DNA of 21,115 bases, taken from NCBI GenBank assembly GCA_023136205.1, contig JAGLRQ010000058.1, positions 1 to 21,115 on the forward strand, read 5' to 3'. The position numbers were made by a program, and so were the translations under genes. Source of the DNA: Candidatus Auribacterota bacterium (lineage in GTDB: Bacteria > Auribacterota > UBA6266). Under the pieces are notes generated by a model that worked only from the letters and a program-made list of their open reading frames with translations, was not told the DNA's origin and did no database searches. Shown here piece by piece: positions 1 through 6,548 of the stretch (its first letter is position 1; every line of letters starts with the position of its first letter).

Positions 1-103
1 TGTAACTTAAGGCGTATTCAAATGTACCGGGCAGTATCTGTTCCTCAAACCAGACCGGGATCAACTGTCCCTGGTCGTAAGAGTATTTTTTATATCTTGC
101 CAT
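1..103 (-). CDS. IS1182-family-like DDE transposase, N-terminal fragment (gene runs off the left edge)
   Basis: Too short for the ORF track. The reverse strand has GGAGGAG (110-116), a 6-nt spacer and ATG (101-103), then MARYKKYSYDQGQLIPVWFEEQILPGTFEYALSY. The pattern MxxYKxYxYxQ...P..F..QIxPGTFEYxL matches my memory of IS1182-family transposase N-termini. Only 34 codons are visible. Confidence 0.55.
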   Translation of the reverse strand, partial: MARYKKYSYDQGQLIPVWFEEQILPGTFEYALSY

Positions 104-289
104 ATTTTTCTCCTCCTGTTCCCATGCGTGTTTCGCGATTTGATGAGAAACTGTGGGGATCCTTTTTAGTCTCGTCCCTGCCTGCCGGCAGGTTGTTATC
201 GTCTATTTTATAGAAAGAGGGAAGATATTTGTGAAGTTTTTGAAATGTTTTTTGAGGACTTTTTCTACAGCTTCAACTGCCTGCTTCAC

Positions 290-360
290 CCGCGTTGCGC
301 AAGCATAACATCAATATTTTATTGCCGCAAGCGCCTATTCAATGTCGGAAGCAATTGTTA
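290..360. repeat. Copy A of a ~70-bp GC-rich structured repeat (paralog of 2197-2269)
   Basis: CCGCGTTGCGCAAGCATAACATCAATATTTTATTGCCGCAAGCGCCTATTCAATGTCGGAAGCAATTGTTA. The core at 323-348 is 22/26 identical to 2228-2253. The flanking ATAACAT and TTGTTA blocks are shared with copy B. Arms 290-297 and 341-348 can pair. Confidence 0.6.
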
Positions 361-399
361 GAAATTTTTATCATTTTTATTTGTCAAGATTAAAGATTT

Positions 400-444
400 G
401 ACCCCGTTTTCTATCAGACCCCGTTTTCTAGACCCTGTTTTCTA
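400..444. repeat. Three tandem direct repeats of GACCC[C/T]GTTTTCTA
   Basis: Copies at 400-413, 417-430 and 431-444. The first two are identical and the third has one C>T change. An AT-rich duplicated ATTTTTAT (364-371, 373-380) lies just before them. A related CCCCGTTTCTA occurs at 3122-3132. Confidence 0.85.
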
Positions 445-487
445 TTTTATGGGGTGGTTCTGTCAACTCCGTTGAGTATTTAAATAA

Positions 488-1612
488 TTAGGTGTTCTGT
501 CCCCCGGTTGCTCGTCCCCCGGTTGCTCTCCCTTTTTTCGTGTTAAAAGTAATGATGAATAAGTGTTTGCTGTAGGGGCACCCATTTTTTTCTTCTACGA
601 ATGCTTCGTTTGTAACGGAAATGGTTGCGTTCATAAAACTTAACGCCTTGCGGACTATGTACATCCCAATACCAGAGCCCTCTTGACTAAGTTTTCCTGC
701 CGCTCCTGATTTAATATATTTCCCCCTCCGCCCTTCGAGAAAAATAAGATCTGTTTCATCGCTTTCGATGCTTACACTAGTTGTTGATATGAATAGTTTC
801 TGAGGTCTGGTCTGAAGGTCTGCTGATATTACCACCTCGCTATTGGACATTGAGTATTTACTTATATTATCGAGGAGTTGCCAAATAGACGCGTTGAACA
901 AATCATGAATAATAGGGATCTTGTATTTTGCCGAATGGTCTGAATTGATTTTAATATCAATGGTTACACCTTTTTTGCGCAGCTCATCAATAAACGGGTT
1001 AGTTAACCGAAAAATAGCTTTGGATATGTCAGCCTTAAGAAAAGAGCCCGTAGCATCTGCGTAACCAGCAATGATTCTGAGCGTTTCTATTTGAGCATCT
1101 AGATCAATGGCACGGTGAGACATTTGGCAAATGTCGTTCGCTGCAATGCTAGTGTTACCTTTGATTCTGCGCTCAACTTCCTTCTGAAAATCCTTATAAG
1201 GTCTAGACCGAGCCTTATCTGAGATAAGTCTGGCAAAATTATCCTTAAACCGTTTTTGAAACTTTATCAGGTTGTGTGCAAATCTTCTGATAATTGCATC
1301 GAAATGCTGCCGTTCTGAATCTCTGAACTGTTGGATGCGAGGAATTAAACTTAGGTAAATTCCGCAAGCTCGACGAACAGCCGCTCCCGCAGGGAAATCA
1401 GGGTGATTTTTATCAACTACTACTCGGACAGATCCATGCTCATTTTCTCGATAGGCATTTCTTAAAGAGCCAATTGAAAAATTGTTCTTATGGTTCAGTA
1501 TGAATTCTGGATCCAATTGCTCGGTACTTCCTTCTTTTACGATCAGAGTTCCCGCTGAATCCCATAGCTCAAAATATACAATTCCATCATTCATGGATTT
1601 TTTTCGCAGCAT
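488..1612 (-). CDS. Soluble (no TM) histidine-kinase-like GHKL ATPase with an unassigned ~100-aa N-terminal domain
   Basis: H-box-like RRFAHNLIKF, N-box LLDNISKYS and G2 box GSGIGMYIV. An alternative start at 1594 (MNDGIVYF) would overlap the upstream stop as ATGAATGA. Neither start has a good SD. Confidence 0.75.
   Translation of the reverse strand: MLRKKSMNDGIVYFELWDSAGTLIVKEGSTEQLDPEFILNHKNNFSIGSLRNAYRENEHGSVRVVVDKNHPDFPAGAAVRRACGIYLSLIPRIQQFRDSERQHFDAIIRRFAHNLIKFQKRFKDNFARLISDKARSRPYKDFQKEVERRIKGNTSIAANDICQMSHRAIDLDAQIETLRIIAGYADATGSFLKADISKAIFRLTNPFIDELRKKGVTIDIKINSDHSAKYKIPIIHDLFNASIWQLLDNISKYSMSNSEVVISADLQTRPQKLFISTTSVSIESDETDLIFLEGRRGKYIKSGAAGKLSQEGSGIGMYIVRKALSFMNATISVTNEAFVEEKNGCPYSKHLFIITFNTKKGRATGGRATGGQNT
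499..528. repeat. Perfect 15-bp tandem duplication GTCCCCCGGTTGCTC x2 inside the 3' end of the kinase ORF
   Basis: 499-513 equals 514-528 exactly. It is in frame and gives the C-terminal tail RATGGRATGG after the ATPase domain ends. Confidence 0.9.
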
Positions 1613-2081
1613 CTTCTATCAGGTCAACGAATACATATGGATCAGAATTTTTTGCTATCCAAGCGTCAGCAATGTCATGAAATTCATGCCCCGGGATAAA
1701 TCCTGCATAGCCTGAGTAAAAGACGATGAATTTCTCGGGATAGCGACGTTTTATCTCTTTCAACAAACCAATTCCTTCATCGGTAGGCGTTAAAGCCTGC
1801 CCCACACCAATATAATCCATAAAAATAATATTCGCGTGCTCAATTTCAGGGCAATTAAAATTCGTAACATCATTAATCTGATTAACTGACCATCCAGCAT
1901 CCCGGATGCTTTGTAACCGAGTGCTAAAATCCTCGTCATCTACAAATAGAACATGCGTTCTCTTTTTTAATTCATCAATAGTAAGCCCTGATGGCTTTTT
2001 TCGATTGCACTTATCCACAAGAGATTTCAGCCCAAGGGATATTAAAAAACTTCCTATTTTTTCTCCGATAAATGACCACAT
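1587..2081 (-). CDS. Stand-alone response-regulator receiver (REC) domain with an N-terminal hydrophobic helix and no output domain
   Basis: REC signature VLFVDDE / IIFMDY / VFYSGY / IAKNSDP. The N-terminus is MWSFIGEKIGSFLISLGLKSLV. I prefer the start at 2081 because GAGGAA (2088-2093) lies 6 nt upstream. The track start at 2105 has no SD. Confidence 0.75.
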   Translation of the reverse strand: MWSFIGEKIGSFLISLGLKSLVDKCNRKKPSGLTIDELKKRTHVLFVDDEDFSTRLQSIRDAGWSVNQINDVTNFNCPEIEHANIIFMDYIGVGQALTPTDEGIGLLKEIKRRYPEKFIVFYSGYAGFIPGHEFHDIADAWIAKNSDPYVFVDLIEDAAKKIHE

Positions 2082-2196
2082 ACATTTTTCCTCTTGAGCG
2101 CCCATAAAGCTGGGGTTATTTCAGGTTGCAAAATATCGCAACGAAAATGGTGCTAGCTACTTTATTTATGATTTTGATTCGAACGGTTGAACTAAG

Positions 2197-2269
2197 CCGC
2201 GTGGGAATTAACATAGATCAGCTTTGCTGCCACAAGCGCCTGTTCCACGTCGGCTTCAGTGATTTGTTA
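2197..2269. repeat. Copy B of the ~70-bp structured repeat (paralog of 290-360)
   Basis: CCGCGTGGGAATTAACATAGATCAGCTTTGCTGCCACAAGCGCCTGTTCCACGTCGGCTTCAGTGATTTGTTA. Its last bases (TTA, 2267-2269) are the stop codon of the nuclease gene. Arms 2197-2207 and 2243-2253 pair with single bulges. Confidence 0.6.
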
Positions 2270-3076
2270 TAAGTTTTCCTCGTTTTTTAAGTCATTATAG
2301 TGATAGTATCTTAATTCAATATTTGCAGGACATTCTTCGATTTTTCTTTCCCAATAGTTTTTCGTTTTCGATAATTTCTCTTTATCAAAGTTATATACCA
2401 ATACAATTATCGTTTTAAGATCACCTTTCATATAATGATTTGCAATCACTATTTGATAAAGAAGTCTGTCTATAATTGTAATCCCAGAAATGGGAGCTCT
2501 TAAAAACTTGACCTCTATGGCAATAGTTGTTTTGCCTCGGTCTGCTACTATAGCATCAAAAGATATATTAGTTTCTGCTATTTTGACTTCTCGAACAGCT
2601 TTACGACCAAGCTCTTTCTCTAATTTTGAAATAGCAAGGTTTTCTGCATTCCTTATATAATTTTTAATAGTTTCTCTGTCTTCAAATCGTGATGTATTTT
2701 GTTTGTTTTCTGAAATAGCACTTGGTCGCTTTGGTAAATTAGTTAACTCTTCAACTTCTTGCTCCAACCGATTCTTCTGTTCTTGGGGAGACAGCGTATA
2801 TAGAAATGATTGATCATACTTATAGTCACTTGGAGCATATAACTTTCCATGGTGTTTTGTAACCAATCTGTAGAAAGCTAGTAGCACGAAAAGTGGGAAG
2901 ATTACTATAAATACAACAAGAGGAAAACGCTCTTCCTGTGAAAGTTTGTCTGCTGAAGAATTTAACAGTAAAGTTGCAAAACCATAAATCATTGATATAA
3001 ATAGCGCAATAATTCCTAAGGGGTTACGCGCTAGATCTCTGGCTATACGACCAAAGACACTTATGTCGTTTGCCAT
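2267..3076 (-). CDS. Membrane-anchored (2 N-terminal TM helices) protein with a C-terminal PD-(D/E)xK-like nuclease-fold domain
   Basis: Helices NPLGIIALFISMIYGFATLLL and FPLVVFIVIFPLFVLLAFY. The C-terminal domain has a D..(n)..E-x-K pattern (ISFDAIVADRGKTTIAIEVKFL). A strong SD AAGGAG lies 6 nt upstream of the ATG. The nuclease assignment rests on the motif only. Confidence 0.6.
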   Translation of the reverse strand: MANDISVFGRIARDLARNPLGIIALFISMIYGFATLLLNSSADKLSQEERFPLVVFIVIFPLFVLLAFYRLVTKHHGKLYAPSDYKYDQSFLYTLSPQEQKNRLEQEVEELTNLPKRPSAISENKQNTSRFEDRETIKNYIRNAENLAISKLEKELGRKAVREVKIAETNISFDAIVADRGKTTIAIEVKFLRAPISGITIIDRLLYQIVIANHYMKGDLKTIIVLVYNFDKEKLSKTKNYWERKIEECPANIELRYYHYNDLKNEENL

Positions 3077-3308
3077 AATAACTCCTTTTGCTTATAACAG
3101 CGTTGATATATGAAAAATTTTCCCCGTTTCTATTATATATTGCTGATTACTGTACTTTCCCGAGGAAAGTATACTGAAAATCAACAGGAAATTCAAGCCT
3201 AATCCTATCTCGATTGTCCGATAAGCCCTGTCATGTAATTTGTCAACAGTTGATACTGAAAGAAACTTATAGATTGTATTATCTTAGGGAAAGGATGGTG
3301 TGAAAAAC

Positions 3309-4277
3309 CTATTGCAGAAGAGCTTTATAAATGCTCATAAACAGCGGGAAGCTGATGATGGTAAAAATCAAATTGTAGATCATGGATTGACTTAAGAGTT
3401 CATGATCCCCTCCATAATTTTTGGCTATGAGCGGCAGGATAGTCGCGGATGGCATTGATGCCTGAAGAATAAGCAGGAAACCAACAGCTTCACCCGGCTT
3501 GAATATAAAGATGCCCAGAAGAAAGACTGCCGGGACAACAAAAAGCTTAAAAATTACTGATTTTATAACGAAAGGATAGTTGATTTTTGCCTTTTTTCTA
3601 TAATGTACCAGGACAAATCCTCCAATGGAGATCATTATCAGGGGAACGGAGGCATTTCCAATCAGCTGAATCGGATATCCTATAAAGTCCGGGATGTATT
3701 TTTTCGCGTGAAAAAAAACGGCAATAATCGACAAAAAAGTTGTAATGGTTAACGGGTTTAGTATGAGCTTTGATACAGGGATGTGTTCCTTCTTTCCTGT
3801 TGACATTATTAGAGGGGAAAAAACATAAGTTAGTAACCCGCTTATAAACCCGAAAAGAAACAGGTATAACAACATCTCGGTTTCTCTTTCTCCTTCAAAA
3901 AACAGAATTATTATCGGGAGGGGAAGGAAAAGGGAATTCTGAAAGGTTATAAGCGCGCGAAAAACACCTCTGTTATTTGTCAGGGATTTATCAACCGTTG
4001 AATAGATAAATGAGATAAGAAAAGCTACAGCACATAGGACAAAGCTGACGAACGGGAAAATCCACAGGCTGATAAAATGTCCGGGATTTAAATTGTTGAT
4101 TATGGTATGGAAGATTAAACACGGTACAGTAACATTTATTACCAGGTCGCTTAAAGTATTAAGACACTGTTCCCCCAGGATTCCTTTTTTCAGGATGTAA
4201 AAGCCAAGTATCCCAATCAGGAAAATTGAAAATATCGAAGTAAAGCTCTGTTCAAAAGCAATGAGGAAGTTTTGCAT
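3309..4277 (-). CDS. AEC (auxin efflux carrier / Mem_trans) family permease
   Basis: Polytopic, with about 10 hydrophobic segments. The N-terminus FEQSFTSIFSIFLIGILGFYILKKGIL...LSDLVINVTVPCLIF is typical of the AEC family. Confidence 0.8.
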   Translation of the reverse strand: MQNFLIAFEQSFTSIFSIFLIGILGFYILKKGILGEQCLNTLSDLVINVTVPCLIFHTIINNLNPGHFISLWIFPFVSFVLCAVAFLISFIYSTVDKSLTNNRGVFRALITFQNSLFLPLPIIILFFEGERETEMLLYLFLFGFISGLLTYVFSPLIMSTGKKEHIPVSKLILNPLTITTFLSIIAVFFHAKKYIPDFIGYPIQLIGNASVPLIMISIGGFVLVHYRKKAKINYPFVIKSVIFKLFVVPAVFLLGIFIFKPGEAVGFLLILQASMPSATILPLIAKNYGGDHELLSQSMIYNLIFTIISFPLFMSIYKALLQ

Positions 4278-4291
4278 GGTTCTTATCCGGA

Positions 4292-4939
4292 TTAGAATTT
4301 TTCCATTACCATAATGAAAAGTTCTCTGTTATATTTTTTTCCGTCTATGGCCTCTTCGTATTCAATCCTTGTTTGAAATCCCGGGATGAGCTGCAAATTG
4401 TAAATTTCCCTGAAATCAGGCGGGGTAAATATTCGCATTTTTTGTCCGGTAATCTTATTAAAGAAAATTTTTGATGAATCCCCATTGGTAAATTTTTTAT
4501 AAAGGGCATCATTTTGAGAAAAATAGGATATCATAAGGCGTCCGTTCGGTTTTAAAACGCGTGTTATTTCAGAAGCATAAGAAATAAAATCAGCTTCATT
4601 GACAAGCATTTCAGACGTAGAGATATCAAGGACATAATCGAAAAAGGAATCTTCAAAGGGGAATGGTTTTGTGATTTCTTGATTGTAAAGATGAACATTC
4701 GCGGACAAATTTTCCCTAACAGCCTTTTCCTGAAAGTTTTTCAGAAGATCAAGGTTGGGATCTATCCCGAAGAAATTTATTCCCATTCTGGCAAAGACTG
4801 TTCCGTTAGCGCCGTTACTACAAAGGGTTTCAAGCATGGAGCCTTCCATGCTGAGGTTGTTTTTCCTGGCATAGTCCGCGAAAGCTTCGACCGCGCGTGA
4901 CGGGTTCTCCGATAAAAAATTTTTCTTGTTCGCTCGCAT
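4292..4939 (-). CDS. Class I SAM-dependent methyltransferase-like protein
   Basis: Rossmann-like pattern (FFGIDPN..., FDYVLDISTSEML, ITRVLKPNGRLMISYF). Motif I is degenerate. The gene abuts the Nudix stop (4940) directly. Confidence 0.6.
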   Translation of the reverse strand: MRANKKNFLSENPSRAVEAFADYARKNNLSMEGSMLETLCSNGANGTVFARMGINFFGIDPNLDLLKNFQEKAVRENLSANVHLYNQEITKPFPFEDSFFDYVLDISTSEMLVNEADFISYASEITRVLKPNGRLMISYFSQNDALYKKFTNGDSSKIFFNKITGQKMRIFTPPDFREIYNLQLIPGFQTRIEYEEAIDGKKYNRELFIMVMEKF

Positions 4940-5368
4940 TTAGAACATGATATTTGAAAAGAGTACATTTTTCAAGGTAATTAACTCCGCGACCTTACTA
5001 ATTATAACTCTATCCGCGGGAAGAAAATCAAGACTTTTAAGATTTTCTTTATTTGCCCATATAAAACTGTGGCACTGATGTTTAACAGGAATGCCCTTTT
5101 TTATAGCGCAGATAAAAAAGTGAAGGCGGATATCTTTTTCCGGATAAGAAAATTCAACTGTTTCAAAGAGTTTTACTACCTGTATATCTACATCCAGCTC
5201 TTCTTTAAGTTCCCGGATGAGACAGTTTTCCCGGGATTCTCCTTCTTCGATTTTTCCTCCGGGGAATTCCCATTTAAATTCCATATGTGAGCCGGGTAGT
5301 CTCTGGGCGACAAGAACCCTTTTTTTGTTGATTATGATAGCGGCGGTGACTTCGGTTATACTGTTCAT
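4940..5368 (-). CDS. Nudix hydrolase, MutT/NudG-like (d)NTP pyrophosphohydrolase
   Basis: Canonical Nudix box WEFPGGKIEEGESRENCLIRELKEELDV. Confidence 0.85.
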   Translation of the reverse strand: MNSITEVTAAIIINKKRVLVAQRLPGSHMEFKWEFPGGKIEEGESRENCLIRELKEELDVDIQVVKLFETVEFSYPEKDIRLHFFICAIKKGIPVKHQCHSFIWANKENLKSLDFLPADRVIISKVAELITLKNVLFSNIMF

Positions 5369-5438
5369 GATATATCACTCACGATATGTTTGACCATAAA
5401 GGCTAGCAAAAAGTGTTTACTGTGTCAATTACCTTTGA

Positions 5439-5467
5439 TTGACTTTTTAAGACGGTTGGTTTATTCT
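5439..5467 (+). promoter_or_regulatory. Putative sigma70 promoter for 5499..6071
   Basis: TTGACT (5439-5444), a 17-nt spacer and TATTCT (5462-5467). The -10 element is weak. Confidence 0.3.
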
Positions 5468-5498
5468 ACAAAAATCAGGGAAAAACAAGGGGGAAGAA

Positions 5499-6071
5499 AT
5501 GAAAAAGATTTTAGGCTTGTTAATTTTAATGATGGTAGTGTTGTCTTCTTCAAACGTTACCGCGGCATTAAGAAAGACTAAAACATTATATGACTTTTTG
5601 GAAAAGATAGAGACATGTAAGGTTTATCTAAATGAGTTCGCGAATACGTCGGGTGAAAGCGGCGCGGGAGCTGAGATTCTAAACAAAACTATGGCAAAAG
5701 CCCTTGGCGCGAGGATTACACAGAATTTCACAGTAGTTAACAACCCTTCGGAAGCTGATATAATAATTAGCGCTGAGATAATTCAGTTTATGTATACTGA
5801 TGAAGATCCTGCCTATGACGGGATCGTTGGTGTCGGCATGACACCTATTAATCCTGTTGGCCTGGCAGTAGATATGGCTATGAAGCAGTCTTATGTTGAA
5901 AATAAGGTGAGCTATTTGGTAACAGATAAAAATGGCGGCAAGTTATGGAGCCGAAAAATCTATTCAACCGTTACAAAAGGCGATATGCCGCTGGAAGAGG
6001 CGGTTAATATAATAGCAGAGAGGTCAGTTAAAAACTTTTTTATAAAATGTTTAAAGAAACCAAGACGATAA
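5499..6071 (+). CDS. Secreted/periplasmic hypothetical protein
   Basis: Signal peptide MKKILGLLILMMVVLSSSNVTA. SD GGGGGA lies upstream. I recognised no family. Confidence 0.6.
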   Translation: MKKILGLLILMMVVLSSSNVTAALRKTKTLYDFLEKIETCKVYLNEFANTSGESGAGAEILNKTMAKALGARITQNFTVVNNPSEADIIISAEIIQFMYTDEDPAYDGIVGVGMTPINPVGLAVDMAMKQSYVENKVSYLVTDKNGGKLWSRKIYSTVTKGDMPLEEAVNIIAERSVKNFFIKCLKKPRR

Positions 6072-6098
6072 GTGAAATTATAAAGGTTGTAGTTTGTT

Positions 6099-6130
6099 AA
6101 GAGGGGGCTGTTTTTAAACGGCCCCTTCTT
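6099..6130. terminator. Hairpin between convergent genes (probable terminator, better for the + strand)
   Basis: AAGAGGGGGC (6099-6108) pairs with GCCCCTTCTT (6121-6130), including one G:T, around a 12-nt loop. TTCTTAATT follows on the + strand. The 3' arm overlaps the stop of 6129..6314. Confidence 0.45.
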
Positions 6131-6314
6131 AATTCTCCAACTCTTTTTTTCTGTTATTCAGATGTTCAATGTATTTTGATGAACTTCCGCCCATGTCCTG
6201 AACAGCCTTTTTGAGAGCCTCTTCGACTTCAGCAAGCGTCATTTTTGATATTTTTTTCTTTTTTACGGGCATGGTGCTTTCAGGTTGTTTTTCCTGTTTT
6301 GTTTCTTCTGCCAT
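6129..6314 (-). CDS. Small (61 aa) Lys/Glu-rich hypothetical protein
   Basis: A perfect SD AGGAGG lies upstream of the ATG. The ORF has no antisense competitor. Confidence 0.6.
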   Translation of the reverse strand: MAEETKQEKQPESTMPVKKKKISKMTLAEVEEALKKAVQDMGGSSSKYIEHLNNRKKELEN

Positions 6315-6438
6315 AAATCCTCCTGTTTAATATTTAGGGATTTCAGATTTTACGATAACAAAGATTGTTTTCGAAATAATCAATAATAGACTATAAAGCA
6401 AAAGGTAAGAAAAATCATCAATTTTTATTATTTTTAAA

Positions 6439-6467
6439 TTGCGTTAACCTATGTGATGCATTACAAT
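6439..6467 (+). promoter_or_regulatory. Putative sigma70 promoter for the OmpA/LysM gene and possibly the long downstream block
   Basis: TTGCGT (6439-6444), a 17-nt spacer and TACAAT (6462-6467). Confidence 0.35.
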
Positions 6468-6548
6468 GAAAAATCAATCTACAAAAGTGAAATGAAGAAA
6501 CGCGGGGTAATAACAAGTATTATTGTTAAAAAGAAGGAGGAGAAAAAT

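Noticed and set aside
22-213. 63-aa + strand ORF at the left edge
   Set aside because: It lies antisense to the much more convincing transposase N-terminus (SD plus ATG plus family-typical sequence on the minus strand). It has no SD and a Pro/Ser/Arg-rich shadow-ORF composition.
463-475. Short palindromes TCAAC-N(1-3)-GTTGA after minus-strand stops (463-475 and 3243-3253, both preceded by TG), and AACAGCGTT at 3096-3104
   Set aside because: The stems are only 5 bp with no U-tract. They are too short to distinguish from chance in AT-rich intergenic DNA.
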